64,000 nucleotides of DNA from a virus: the IMG/VR virus record IMGVR_UViG_3300045988_181101; one strand, 5' to 3'. Below the pieces are notes generated by a model. The model did not search any database, was not told the DNA's origin, and saw nothing but the letters and a program-made list of their open reading frames with translations. The translations under genes and the position numbers were made by a program. Shown here piece after piece: positions 8,889 to 19,149 of this stretch. Positions within the stretch are counted from its first letter, which is position 1, and each line of letters opens with the position of its first letter.

Positions 8889-10520
8889 TTATCGAATTAA
8901 GAATCCTGTAAAGAACAACTTAGTAATTTCGTTATTTACTCGAATCTTGTAAGTAACAAACCAAGCATCTTCTTTACGTGTTACAACTACATCCTGGAAA
9001 GCAAGTAATAAATTGTCTGTTTCATTAGTAGCTGTTCTACCTTGCAAATAAGCAACCGTCCAATCCTTAATTGCTCCTGCACTCAAGGTGTTAACATTTA
9101 CACCATTTTCTTGACCCAACAAATCAATTTCAGCATTTACAACCAATTCTTTATTGATTTGATCTACAATACGCATAAATTGAATTGAATAGGATTGACC
9201 TTTTGCATTAAATAAATTTGCATTGTCTTGTAATGTGTTTACACCTTGAAGAACAACAAATTTATTTAAATAATCATTCTTCACCGTAACAAGAATACCA
9301 TTTTTCAACGCTTTTACTTGTTCAGATTCTGTCAAAATATGACGTACTCTATCAACACCAATACTCTTATTTGTTACAGGAATCATTGGTTCTTTACCTG
9401 CTGTACGACCTAACTGTGCACACAGATTATACATAACTGTCCACCAACGATATTTTTGAGGTGCAATCTCTGAAGCAAGACCTACATCTCCATGAGTTAA
9501 AATGATATGATCACTATCAAATCCTTGAGCTAATTCAATAGATTTAGAATAATCTGCTGATACTCCATATCCACCTACAAACAATTGATGAGGGAACTTA
9601 GCATCAAAATTCATATGTTTGACATATGCTTTTGTAAATGCAGAATTTGCATTATCGCCATACTGATCTGTAAATACAAAACTATAATCTAAACCTACAA
9701 TTTGATCAAGAACTGCTTCAAAATTAGCTTGATTATAAGTTTCTGTACCTCCTGATGCTAATGTAAATACATTCAATAAATCAGTTACATCATTTTCTGA
9801 TACAGTTCCATCATCTTTAGCTTTAGAAGTAGGATCAAGCTGGAATGCTTGTGCAAAAGTAGAGTCTGTCTTAGCCCAATCGATAAGAGTATTGATATTA
9901 TCAAATTCAGGTGATTGAACTACAAGTGTCGGTGTAGAAGCTAAAGCTGAAATTTCACCATAAGGTAATCCATCTTCTGCAGTTCCAGTATAAGAACCAA
10001 CATAAAAACTCATAATCCATTTGCTGGCATCTTCTACACCAGGTGTGATCATATAACCATAACCAGTAGCTAAATTATTACCTTCTTTAACTCCATTTGC
10101 AACTGTTCCTTCATCAAGAGTATTAACTACGAAAGTTCCTCCTGCTGTAGAAGTGAATGTCATTTTTGCAGGTTTTGTTTCTGCTGCTCTTACAAAAAGA
10201 ATTTCAGAAACACCTATTGCTGCAGGATTACTCGGATCAGGAGTAAATAAAGCTTCAGCAATCTTCCAATACATACCTCCTTTTACAAAAGAACGAAAAT
10301 CAGAAATGTTGTTAAATGCATATATAGAATCTTGACCTTGAGAAATTGTTCCATTGATACCAGCTCCACCTCCAAAACCAGCTCCAAATTCACCTGTATC
10401 TATAATAAGAACTTTTCCATAATCAAGATTTCGTGCAGGATTGTTTTCTCCCGATACTATCGTTGAATAAGCTCCAGGAAGAGTTATCTGACGATTTGAA
10501 AAGACTATCGTACTTGGCAT
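8889..10520 (-). CDS. contractile tail sheath protein
   Basis: 543 aa with the N-terminal motif ITLPGAYSTIVSGE, which resembles the sheath PGVY motif. It is followed by a tube-sized gene. Confidence 0.7.
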   Translation of the reverse strand: MPSTIVFSNRQITLPGAYSTIVSGENNPARNLDYGKVLIIDTGEFGAGFGGGAGINGTISQGQDSIYAFNNISDFRSFVKGGMYWKIAEALFTPDPSNPAAIGVSEILFVRAAETKPAKMTFTSTAGGTFVVNTLDEGTVANGVKEGNNLATGYGYMITPGVEDASKWIMSFYVGSYTGTAEDGLPYGEISALASTPTLVVQSPEFDNINTLIDWAKTDSTFAQAFQLDPTSKAKDDGTVSENDVTDLLNVFTLASGGTETYNQANFEAVLDQIVGLDYSFVFTDQYGDNANSAFTKAYVKHMNFDAKFPHQLFVGGYGVSADYSKSIELAQGFDSDHIILTHGDVGLASEIAPQKYRWWTVMYNLCAQLGRTAGKEPMIPVTNKSIGVDRVRHILTESEQVKALKNGILVTVKNDYLNKFVVLQGVNTLQDNANLFNAKGQSYSIQFMRIVDQINKELVVNAEIDLLGQENGVNVNTLSAGAIKDWTVAYLQGRTATNETDNLLLAFQDVVVTRKEDAWFVTYKIRVNNEITKLFFTGFLIR

Positions 10521-10579
10521 ATAAATTTACTTTTTAATTAAACGAATTCATATATTTTATATTTTACACTTTTTCAAGC

Positions 10580-10612
10580 ATCTAAAAGTACAAACTTATT
10601 TTTACATCTGCA
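10580..10612 (-). promoter_or_regulatory. candidate promoter upstream of sheath gene
   Basis: The minus strand reads TTTG-N20-TACTTTTA in the 94-bp gap upstream of 10520. Confidence 0.35.
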
Positions 10613-10614
10613 AA

Positions 10615-11277
10615 TTAATAAGGTAAAATATTGCCAGAAGATAAAAATGTAGACATTAAACCTGCATCTGCAAATAAAACCTTACCTAATAAAGGTGTTT
10701 CTTCAATAGTAGGTACTTGTTCATCTGAAGTCAAATTAAGTCCAATACTTCTTAAAAAAAATGGTAATGGTATTACATCTGCATTAATCATTACCTCTTT
10801 CATAGAAAATGATATTGATTGAAATGATTGGGCTAAAATATTATAACTACCGAGCAACAATGCATAAAGAATCTCACTCATTAGTATAGATTCTAAGAAA
10901 TTATCAGAAACACACATAATTTCAAATTCATAATTACGAGAATCTCTAAGAATCATTTTGCCTGTATGATCAAATTGACCAGTAAGTTTACCTATAGAAT
11001 TGAACTCACTTGTTCTCTTACTTGGTTCTCTTACTACATAAGCAGGAGTTTTTGTTTTATCTTTAGGAAATTCAAGTAAAACTCTTAGATTTCTTGGATT
11101 TACATCACTTCTCAAAAACAATTTTTTACCTTGTTCATAAAAATCAAAATTACCATCTTTTACTCCATAAAAAGTCTTGTATAAAAAAGTGTCTTCTTCT
11201 TTATTATTTTTATAATCTTCTTGAACAAAAAGAAGTAATCTTGTGATTATAGATTTGATTTGCGCAATTTGTAACAT
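10615..11277 (-). CDS. hypothetical protein (tail/neck module)
   Basis: 220-aa ORF, co-oriented and tightly packed. No motif recognised. Confidence 0.7.
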   Translation of the reverse strand: MLQIAQIKSIITRLLLFVQEDYKNNKEEDTFLYKTFYGVKDGNFDFYEQGKKLFLRSDVNPRNLRVLLEFPKDKTKTPAYVVREPSKRTSEFNSIGKLTGQFDHTGKMILRDSRNYEFEIMCVSDNFLESILMSEILYALLLGSYNILAQSFQSISFSMKEVMINADVIPLPFFLRSIGLNLTSDEQVPTIEETPLLGKVLFADAGLMSTFLSSGNILPY

Positions 11278-11279
11278 AA

Positions 11280-12059
11280 CTATCTTTCTTTAAAAATTCT
11301 TTCTAAGGTTTCATCTATAGCCATATCTGCTACTATAGATATATTAGCTAATTGTAATGCTCTGTCCATTAATTTCTTAGCTGTGATACCTCCATTGAAC
11401 CAACTGTTAGGATCTGATTTGTCACTTACTCTACGGAATGTCATATATTGACTTCTTCTCTCCTTATCAGAACTTGCTGCTTCAACTTTAACTAATCCTT
11501 CATATTTAGCAGCTTTATGAATATATTCAGGAACTTTTAATTCAGGCACATTAATTGCTTTTCTTGAACCTGGAAGTTGTTGATTTATAGGAAGTTGTTC
11601 TCTTTTAAGAGGCAATTGAGAATTCTTAGCTAAAGTATAAACATCTTGTGGTAAGATAGAACTAAATATTCCTGATTCTGCTATTGCTTCAGGTGTTGCA
11701 TGTCGAAAAGGAACAGTTATATAAAATCCACCATTCTTCTTTTGTTTAGCTTTAGGCGAAGCAAGTAATCCTGGTTTTTCATCGAATGGTGGAGTTCCTT
11801 CTTCAACCATTAATGCTAAAGACGATTCTCTTGCAGATAAACCGAAAACAACTTCAAGTGGAGAAGTTCTTTCGATATACATTGCTTTTAAATATTCCTG
11901 ACGAGATTTACTAAGTTCACTTCCTACTAAATTTCTCCATCTTTCATAGTATTCTTGTACTACACGATCAATAATCGCTGCACCAAGTAAATTAGTTTCT
12001 TCTCCTGATAAACTAAATTCACCAACTACTTCGTCAAGATCTATTTTAATAGGGAGCAT
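11280..12059 (-). CDS. hypothetical protein (tail/neck module)
   Basis: 259-aa ORF that abuts its neighbours. No motif recognised. Confidence 0.7.
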   Translation of the reverse strand: MLPIKIDLDEVVGEFSLSGEETNLLGAAIIDRVVQEYYERWRNLVGSELSKSRQEYLKAMYIERTSPLEVVFGLSARESSLALMVEEGTPPFDEKPGLLASPKAKQKKNGGFYITVPFRHATPEAIAESGIFSSILPQDVYTLAKNSQLPLKREQLPINQQLPGSRKAINVPELKVPEYIHKAAKYEGLVKVEAASSDKERRSQYMTFRRVSDKSDPNSWFNGGITAKKLMDRALQLANISIVADMAIDETLERIFKER

Positions 12060-12841
12060 TATACATCATCATTAATTATTGTACCACTTCCATCGAAATT
12101 AGGTTTATCTGTTGCTATTAAATGAGTTAATCTTACAATTGCTTGTACAGGTAATTGAATTTTCTTTTGTTGTCCTGAAACTTTATCTGTATTCCATGAA
12201 GCTCTTATGAAGTGCGGTAAATCAATTGTATGTCCTTCCACAAAATGTTTATAATAAACGCTTATATAACCATTTTCAGGTATTTCATCTATATCTAAAA
12301 TCAAGCAATAAGGATTATCTTCGCTTATATGAGAATTCGTAGTTTTCTTCAGTTTTTTATCAGAAGCTTCAAAAGAATAAAGAGCTAATAATTCTTGTAT
12401 TTTATATGTTGTAAAAACAAAATAAACGCCATCATTTTCTCTTATTTTCAAATTCTCACTAAAATAAGAATATTCTGTTAAAAAAGTAACTCTATCATAA
12501 TAGGAAAGATTTGCTTTATCAATATCCATTACAGTCACAGCATAAGTTCCTAATAATTCAGATGACCAATTCTTATATTGAGTTGTTTGATTTATACCTG
12601 TAATAAGAGCTTTTGTCTTTACAGGATTTACATAAAAATAACCTGTACCAAAACAATTCTGACAATCAAGTAATGCAGCTTCTTCTCCATGACAAGGGCA
12701 ACGTAAAGCTTTTTCTAATAACACTTCGTAGCCTTTGGCCCATATCGAAATATCAAAATCTGATTTTATAAATTCAGGATTAAAATTCGATCTTCCAGGT
12801 GAATTCTGTTGTAAAATATTCTTACTCATAACCTTTCCCAA
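12059..12841 (-). CDS. hypothetical structural-module protein with zinc-ribbon-like Cys cluster
   Basis: 260 aa with the Cys cluster RCPCHGEEAALLDCQNCFGTGYF. Confidence 0.7.
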   Translation of the reverse strand: MGKVMSKNILQQNSPGRSNFNPEFIKSDFDISIWAKGYEVLLEKALRCPCHGEEAALLDCQNCFGTGYFYVNPVKTKALITGINQTTQYKNWSSELLGTYAVTVMDIDKANLSYYDRVTFLTEYSYFSENLKIRENDGVYFVFTTYKIQELLALYSFEASDKKLKKTTNSHISEDNPYCLILDIDEIPENGYISVYYKHFVEGHTIDLPHFIRASWNTDKVSGQQKKIQLPVQAIVRLTHLIATDKPNFDGSGTIINDDV

Positions 12842-13659
12842 TAAAAATTATTATAAGGAGTCCCTTCTTTAAAACACTTCGTTAAAAACCAACTTTGACC
12901 TAAATTATCTTTAATCTCCTGACGAGTTTTCCATATATGTATCAAATTGTGATTTAAATCATATTGAGCAATACCTGTAGCTTTTGTACATATTTTAACA
13001 GTTCTTTCATAAAATAAATTTATCTTAGGAGGTTCAGGTTTATAACTCCATAAAAATCCTCTACATGTTTTAGCTTTACCAATACAACATTTTGTAATAT
13101 AATTTTGATCTACATTCAATTCTATACCCACTTGATGAGCACTAAGCCATTTTTTTACAATTTTTCCATCTAAAGTAAACTGATAAACAGTTTTTCTTCT
13201 CGGATTATTCAAACTAACTTTTAATTTTGTTTCTTCAGAAGATTTCCATCCTGTTCTATCAAACATCAATCCATGAGTTCCTTTATTCCAATTAGGATGT
13301 TGAGATTTATATAATTTAACTTTTGTAGAAATCCTTTCTCGAACTTCTTTTGTTACATGACTTTGTCCATCACCTCCAAAAGTTCCATTTGTCAAATCAA
13401 ACCCAAAACTCTTAAATAAAGCTATATAATGAATTTCCCAAAAATTAGATTCTTTTTCAGGAACAATATCAATAACATTCATTATAGGTTTTAAACCATT
13501 CCTCTTTAAAGAAGAAATCCAACTTTTCTTTTTTGTTTTTTCTTCTTTTGCTGAATATAAATGATTTACATATCTCCTTTTAAGATCAATAGTTTTTCCT
13601 ATATATCGAATGTTTCCTTCAGGATATTCTAAACTATATATGTAAACTTTTCTCTCCAT
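12826..13659 (-). CDS. GIY-YIG homing-type endonuclease
   Basis: N-terminus VYIYSLEYPEGNIRYIGKTIDLKRRYVNHL (GIY...YIG...R). The C-terminal repeats (VYQFTLDGKIVKKW..., IAQYDLNHNLIHIW...) resemble the DNA-binding modules of free-standing endonucleases. It overlaps both structural neighbours. Confidence 0.8.
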   Translation of the reverse strand: MERKVYIYSLEYPEGNIRYIGKTIDLKRRYVNHLYSAKEEKTKKKSWISSLKRNGLKPIMNVIDIVPEKESNFWEIHYIALFKSFGFDLTNGTFGGDGQSHVTKEVRERISTKVKLYKSQHPNWNKGTHGLMFDRTGWKSSEETKLKVSLNNPRRKTVYQFTLDGKIVKKWLSAHQVGIELNVDQNYITKCCIGKAKTCRGFLWSYKPEPPKINLFYERTVKICTKATGIAQYDLNHNLIHIWKTRQEIKDNLGQSWFLTKCFKEGTPYNNFYWERL

Positions 13660-14459
13660 CAGAATACTCTAAATTTAGGTTGATCGTAAACAAGTCTTAT
13701 TCTACCAACAGTTTCTTTTATCTCTGTTTGATATGATTTTATTCTCGCGGAATAGCCCGAATTTTCAGCTGAAGACGTTGTCCCGATACTCTGACTCAGT
13801 CCATCAATACTTAAACTTTGATTAGCAATACCTGCACCAATAATAAGGTCTCCTGCCACATTCAAAGGACCGAAAGTCGCCAACATTCCTACTATATTCA
13901 ATAAATCCATAGGTAAGTTATCAATATCCCAACCTGTAATATATTGTACTCTCCAATAATCAGGAATATTATCAAATCTCTGCATTCCAACTTGTGATGT
14001 AATACCTGTTAAAATTACTTGAGCATTACCTTGAGTTGTAGATGATCCTGTAGGAACAACACTTATTCTTCTTTTACCTTGGTTCATCGCTGTATCATAT
14101 TCACAGAACAACCATCCTTGTGGATAAATTATTTGTTCCATTTTGTTCAGCATACCTATCATAGATAAAGGTTCTCGTACAGGATAATTTGTCAGAAGAA
14201 TAGGAAATTCTTGCCAATAATCTTGTCTATAATAAGGAAGAGTTTGGTCAACTAACTGTTTACAAAATCGAAGATTGAACCAATTCTCAACCTGCTTTTG
14301 AGCTATTTCGATATATCTTCGAATAGATTCATTCGAAAATGAAGTTCCTTGTCCTCCATCTATCTTTATACCAAATAAATACATGGCCCATATTTCAGCA
14401 ACAGAAAAAACTAAGCCTGAATTCTTTTTGTATTTTATTGTAAATGTTAGTTGACCCAT
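13659..14459 (-). CDS. head-tail connector/adaptor candidate
   Basis: 266 aa, two genes downstream of the capsid gene. The resemblance to gp6-like adaptors (ESIRRYIEIAQKQVENW) is weak. Confidence 0.35.
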   Translation of the reverse strand: MGQLTFTIKYKKNSGLVFSVAEIWAMYLFGIKIDGGQGTSFSNESIRRYIEIAQKQVENWFNLRFCKQLVDQTLPYYRQDYWQEFPILLTNYPVREPLSMIGMLNKMEQIIYPQGWLFCEYDTAMNQGKRRISVVPTGSSTTQGNAQVILTGITSQVGMQRFDNIPDYWRVQYITGWDIDNLPMDLLNIVGMLATFGPLNVAGDLIIGAGIANQSLSIDGLSQSIGTTSSAENSGYSARIKSYQTEIKETVGRIRLVYDQPKFRVF

Positions 14460-14465
14460 ATTTCT

Positions 14466-15008
14466 TTATTTTATTTTTGACAAAATCATAGTAATAATTT
14501 CATCTTTAGTCTTTCCTTCTAAATCTTCATCTGTATATTGACCACCATCCTCACTTTTAGCAACACTAATCAACTCATCTTTCTTCATTGATTTGAGATC
14601 TTTTAAAAGTTCACTGTCAATATTTTGATCTTCTTTTATTTCTTCAACTTTAGGTTTTTCTTCAGAACCCTTTTTAGTATTTTTCATTTCTTCAACAACT
14701 GCTTTCCAATTAGAAATTTCTTTATCCTTTTGATCAATTGTAATTTTCTGAGCTTCTATAATACCTTTTAATCTTACAATTTCATCTTCGTATTCTTTGT
14801 AATTTTCTTTTACTTCGCTACGAATAGAATCTTCGAATTTTGTTTTATATTCAGGTTCATCTCCTTCTTTATAAATATTAGGGAAATTCTTATCACAGAT
14901 TTCTTTCCAAAGTTTTTCGTCAATTTCTGCAATACCATTTTGAAACTGAATCACACCGTTACTAAAAACCAAACGGTGATTTACGTAAATACGACTTTTT
15001 ACTTTCAT
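14466..15008 (-). CDS. hypothetical Lys/Glu-rich protein (head module)
   Basis: 180-aa ORF after the capsid-gene terminator. Confidence 0.7.
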   Translation of the reverse strand: MKVKSRIYVNHRLVFSNGVIQFQNGIAEIDEKLWKEICDKNFPNIYKEGDEPEYKTKFEDSIRSEVKENYKEYEDEIVRLKGIIEAQKITIDQKDKEISNWKAVVEEMKNTKKGSEEKPKVEEIKEDQNIDSELLKDLKSMKKDELISVAKSEDGGQYTDEDLEGKTKDEIITMILSKIK

Positions 15009-15021
15009 AATAACAAATTTA

Positions 15022-15058
15022 AAATAAAAGAGGAAGGAGTTTACTTCTCCCTCCTCTT
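15022..15058 (-). terminator. rho-independent terminator after major capsid gene
   Basis: GC-rich 12-bp stem (AAGAGGAAGGAG / CTCCCTCCTCTT, one mismatch) followed by TTTTATTTT on the minus strand. Confidence 0.75.
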
Positions 15059-15085
15059 GTGATTAAATGAACTTTTTATATCTAA

Positions 15086-16606
15086 TTACAAACCTTCTTC
15101 ACCAATATTTACAATACGAACGATCTTAGCAGGTTGGTAATAAACCGGAGTACCGTAGTTCAAAATTGCAAATCTACGAGACGGAGCTGTAACAGCAAAA
15201 TCCATCTTCATAGTATCAGCAAACTGCAGATATTCGTTAATCTGATTGTCATTGTAATAAACCAATGCAGATTTGGTACCAGCAATAATACGGTTACGGT
15301 CTCTTACACAATTAGCAGCAGCAGCATCATATCCAGTTGCCATCTGATTAGCAGGAACTTCGAAGATAGGATAATATTCAGTATTAGCATTTAATACTGC
15401 ATTTTTCTTCGTACGATAGATAACGAAGCTGGTTGCTTGATATGCACCACCTACACCTGCAGTAAATCCAAATTCAACTGATTCAGTTGAGGCAACTGCT
15501 TGTGCACCACCAGTTGTTACATTCAACGGAGCAGATTCACCATAACGGTTCTTAGCTGTTACAAGATAACCATAAGAACCAGCATGTTGACCAAAATTAG
15601 TCTTAGTATCTGCTGCATTAACTTTGATTGCTGTTCCTTGTACCATAGATGGAGTAAGAGGAGCTTTCGCTGAAGTAGCTTGTTTACCTGAAGTAATAGG
15701 TTTACGTTCATCAAAGAAACGGTCATTCTTGATATCAATCTTACCAAACTGAGTAGTAACATTATTTACAGATTGACCCATTGTTGCGCCTGTAACAGAA
15801 CCGCCTAAACCAACAATAACACGTTTACTTTCATGGAATTGTTTTACATAATTGTTAAATACAATCGGATTAGAAATAATTCGATCGATATAACCGTTAT
15901 AAACATTAACCACTACATTAGCAGCGTCCTGAATCAAAGAATCATTCAAAACTTGACCTTGAGCATCAATTACAGCCGGAGAATTGAAATAAGTATCAAG
16001 CAACTGTTCAGCAGTCTTACCTTCTGCAGTACCACCATCCATCTCATTCAAACCAAGCAAATGTTGACGGAAGAAACCATCAAATTGTTCAGGAACACAA
16101 GTTGAATCAGCGTCTACCAAACGAGCATCGATAATTGTCTGCAAAAGAATAGTCTTATTTTCAACTTCCTTTGTATACATATTCATATTACCGGCAAGTT
16201 TTGCTAAAGTAGCAGGATGAGTAACTTGACCTGTTACACCCATATACTTAGTCAAGATTGACTTACGTCTGTATTGAGAATCTGTTTCTTCCGGAGTCTC
16301 ACCTTCAGTATTAAAGATACCAACTTCTTCACCATATTTATACAATTGATTGTATTGATGAACGTTGTCGTCAATCTTATGTTTCGGCATTTCCATGTAG
16401 TATACCAACTGATTTAAACGGTTAGTCAAGATTTTCAAAACTGAATCCAAAGATTCAACTTTCAAACCACCACCGTTATTAATCATATTGTTATATTGCA
16501 TACCGGTCATAGAACCAGCTTCCATGGCTTTCAATACTTCCTGTGCAGAGATGCCATCCATCAAATCTACACCATTACCACTTTGATTGTAATTATATAA
16601 ATCCAT
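15086..16606 (-). CDS. major capsid protein
   Basis: 506 aa, directly after the protease and scaffold genes and followed by a strong terminator. Assigned from position, size and general composition. Confidence 0.75.
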   Translation of the reverse strand: MDLYNYNQSGNGVDLMDGISAQEVLKAMEAGSMTGMQYNNMINNGGGLKVESLDSVLKILTNRLNQLVYYMEMPKHKIDDNVHQYNQLYKYGEEVGIFNTEGETPEETDSQYRRKSILTKYMGVTGQVTHPATLAKLAGNMNMYTKEVENKTILLQTIIDARLVDADSTCVPEQFDGFFRQHLLGLNEMDGGTAEGKTAEQLLDTYFNSPAVIDAQGQVLNDSLIQDAANVVVNVYNGYIDRIISNPIVFNNYVKQFHESKRVIVGLGGSVTGATMGQSVNNVTTQFGKIDIKNDRFFDERKPITSGKQATSAKAPLTPSMVQGTAIKVNAADTKTNFGQHAGSYGYLVTAKNRYGESAPLNVTTGGAQAVASTESVEFGFTAGVGGAYQATSFVIYRTKKNAVLNANTEYYPIFEVPANQMATGYDAAAANCVRDRNRIIAGTKSALVYYNDNQINEYLQFADTMKMDFAVTAPSRRFAILNYGTPVYYQPAKIVRIVNIGEEGL

Positions 16607-16634
16607 ATATTTTATTTATTAAATTTTTAACGAA

Positions 16635-17291
16635 TTATTTTACAAACTTAATACCCTTACCATACATATAACGTGCAAGATCTTCTCCTACCATTTCAGC
16701 TTCAGGATTCATCATAAACGCTAATGCGTCAGATTCTAAAGATTTCTTAATAGCATCATCTTTAACTCCATCAAGAGCTTTTGAAATAGCTTGTGAAGCA
16801 ATAGCACGTTGAGTTATAATATTAATTTCTGTTCTACCTTCTTCGTCTTTTTCTAAAGACATTGATTTCTGAATAGCAGAAAGATTATTCAAACCTTCAG
16901 AACGGAAAGTAGGAGTCTGATTCTTCAAAGAGGAAACTTCTTCTTTCAATCCTTCGATTGATTTCTGAAGACCTTCAAACAAAGGAACTATTACACCAAA
17001 AGATTTTGTAAAGGTTTCTTCGATTGATTTCTGAAGACCTTCTGCATTTTTATCTTCTGCAGTATCCTTTTCATCATCTTTTACTTTTTCTTCTTTTTCA
17101 ACAGCTTCTTTTTCGAGCTTATCAATATCTTTTTCTTCTTTTGTTTCAGATTCATGATCTCCTGCAGCTGCTGCATTTTCAGATTTCAAAATAATTTCAC
17201 CTGAAGCAATTGCTTTTTCAATATAATCATCTGAAAAACCTACACTTTTCAAAAGTTGAACTGTAGGATCTTTTAAAACTTTTTCGTCCAT
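16635..17291 (-). CDS. scaffolding protein candidate
   Basis: 218 aa, acidic and helical, between the protease and capsid genes. It contains an in-frame 25-bp direct repeat. Confidence 0.6.
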   Translation of the reverse strand: MDEKVLKDPTVQLLKSVGFSDDYIEKAIASGEIILKSENAAAAGDHESETKEEKDIDKLEKEAVEKEEKVKDDEKDTAEDKNAEGLQKSIEETFTKSFGVIVPLFEGLQKSIEGLKEEVSSLKNQTPTFRSEGLNNLSAIQKSMSLEKDEEGRTEINIITQRAIASQAISKALDGVKDDAIKKSLESDALAFMMNPEAEMVGEDLARYMYGKGIKFVK

Positions 17292-17349
17292 ATTATTTAT
17301 AAATTATATTTGTTTACGTAAAAATAAAAACTATGTTTCATATATCAAA

Positions 17350-18129
17350 TTATTTCATTGAATTTTGAATAAAATCCTTCAAAATATCGAGAGATATATG
17401 TCCCTCTAAATAACTTTTGTAAAGATTCTTAAAGATTTCATCATCTTTAGAATTAAGTTTTGAAATCTTTATTTTAAAATCTTTATCTATAGTTATCAAA
17501 TGACCATCTTTTTCTAATTCAAGAAGAATTTGTGTAGTATTAAAATCTTTATTAGATTCAAAATCACAATCTACATAATCCTTCGTTTGTTTGCCCTTTA
17601 CTAAATCAGCAAATGTATTAGCATTGACAGGAGTCATTGTCATAGCTATATTAGTAATAAGAGCTTTCTTAATTTTTTTAGGATTGTTCTTATCTCTTTC
17701 TAATGCTTTTCCTTCAATACTAAAACCAGGTTTACGATCTGCACCCGATTCTTTCATTTCTAATGCTTTATCATAAAACGCTCTTGCTTCAGGAGATTTT
17801 TTCCACAATTGACATTTTACGTAAAACTTATTGTCAGTAATTTTTGCTGACAAAGGATTGCCAATCCAAAAACGAGATTTATTTATAGGAGATCTTGTAG
17901 TTAGATGATCAAGATTAATTAATCCATGTTTTAAAAAACGGTCAATGATGAAACCATTAGGCTCCATTGATTCACCTTCACTATCTTCAGATGCATCTGA
18001 AGCTAATCCTTCGAAGATCATCCTTTCATATCTCCTATCATCCCCTACAGGATAATTTAAAGGATTAAAGTCAGACTTAAAAAAATCTGCTTCTGTGAAA
18101 AAATTAAATTTTGAACCAGTTTCAAACAT
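17350..18129 (-). CDS. prohead protease candidate
   Basis: 259 aa upstream of the scaffold and capsid genes. The segment GLASDASEDSEGESMEPNGFIIDRFLKHGLINLDH resembles the N-terminal region of HK97-family prohead proteases. Confidence 0.5.
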   Translation of the reverse strand: MFETGSKFNFFTEADFFKSDFNPLNYPVGDDRRYERMIFEGLASDASEDSEGESMEPNGFIIDRFLKHGLINLDHLTTRSPINKSRFWIGNPLSAKITDNKFYVKCQLWKKSPEARAFYDKALEMKESGADRKPGFSIEGKALERDKNNPKKIKKALITNIAMTMTPVNANTFADLVKGKQTKDYVDCDFESNKDFNTTQILLELEKDGHLITIDKDFKIKISKLNSKDDEIFKNLYKSYLEGHISLDILKDFIQNSMK

Positions 18130-18138
18130 CTTATATTT

Positions 18139-18951
18139 TTACTTAATCGCCGAATCTAAAAACTTATCAATTAAATCATCGATTTCTTTATATCTTCTTA
18201 CTCTCATCCAATCTTTTTCTAATACTTTTTTCTTTGTGCCCATAATAGCGCCAAAAATAGCTGCATTAGTATCTGTATCTTCACCAAGATTTACAACTCG
18301 GCATAAATCTTCAAAGAGAGTAGAATTTTTGTTCTCTCGTGCTAAATAATTATCAATTACGAGATTATATGTATTTATAACATCACCAGCATTTTGATAA
18401 TTATTTACTTCAAGATTTTCTGTTGGTAAATCTCGTAACAATTTTTTAAGTACGCAACAAAAATCAGAACCAAACTTAAAACAATTCTTATTATTGTGAG
18501 TATAACTACAAAACATTTCAAAAAATTCTTTCGTATAATCATCAGAATCATTCAGAGTAACTATTGCTATAGGAAGTGAATAAAATAAAGCACCGTTACC
18601 CATTCTATCACTTTCTTTGCATCCTCCTTGTTGAATTGATCGACAAGTTTGTCCTCCTATATCAAAACAATAACTTCCAGCATTAAAACCTTTATCTTTA
18701 TACCATAAATTTAAGTTTTTTCTGAATTGTTTAAATCTTTCAAGATTGGTTTTACCTTTATAAGAAAAAGCTTCAATCAAACAAAGTAAAATAGATGTAT
18801 CATCCGACCAAGTTCCTGTTATTTGATTATGAAATCCTCCTGAAGAAAAATCATTACAATGAAATGATCCTTCTTTTCTAAATTCAAAAGGAACTCCAAG
18901 TACATCACCTATAATATAAGCCCTGATACTATTTTTTATTTTTTCTTTCAT
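18139..18951 (-). CDS. ADP-ribosylglycohydrolase (ARH/DraG family)
   Basis: Three family motifs are present: IIGDVLGVPFEF, WSDDTSILL and GEDTDTNAAIFGAIMG. The start is placed at MKEKIKN (ATG 18949-18951). The track gives an alternative start at 18990. Confidence 0.85.
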   Translation of the reverse strand: MKEKIKNSIRAYIIGDVLGVPFEFRKEGSFHCNDFSSGGFHNQITGTWSDDTSILLCLIEAFSYKGKTNLERFKQFRKNLNLWYKDKGFNAGSYCFDIGGQTCRSIQQGGCKESDRMGNGALFYSLPIAIVTLNDSDDYTKEFFEMFCSYTHNNKNCFKFGSDFCCVLKKLLRDLPTENLEVNNYQNAGDVINTYNLVIDNYLARENKNSTLFEDLCRVVNLGEDTDTNAAIFGAIMGTKKKVLEKDWMRVRRYKEIDDLIDKFLDSAIK

Positions 18952-19085
18952 TGTCAGTAAATTTCTTTGCATTCTTAATTGCTGTTTCAACCATCTTTTC
19001 AGTTAATTCTTTTCTCTCTTCTTCAGTCGCTCTATGAACAATACTTACACCACTTGTATCATTCCATCTTGAATTTTTTCTCATA
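18930..19085 (-). CDS. small hypothetical protein (51 aa)
   Basis: Hand-translated MRKNSRWNDTSGVSIVHRATEEERKELTEK..., preceded by a promoter box at 19106-19114. It falls below the track size cutoff. Confidence 0.3.
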
Positions 19086-19105
19086 ACTTTTCTTTTTAAT
19101 TATCT

Positions 19106-19114
19106 AAAGATACT
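19106..19114 (-). promoter_or_regulatory. -7 box GTATCTTTA with TTG about 21 nt upstream
   Basis: The minus strand reads TGTTG-N21-TATCTTTAG upstream of the small ORF and the ARH gene. Confidence 0.5.
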
Positions 19115-19149
19115 ACTTTTTGACCACACATACAACATTTCTTTAAAAA

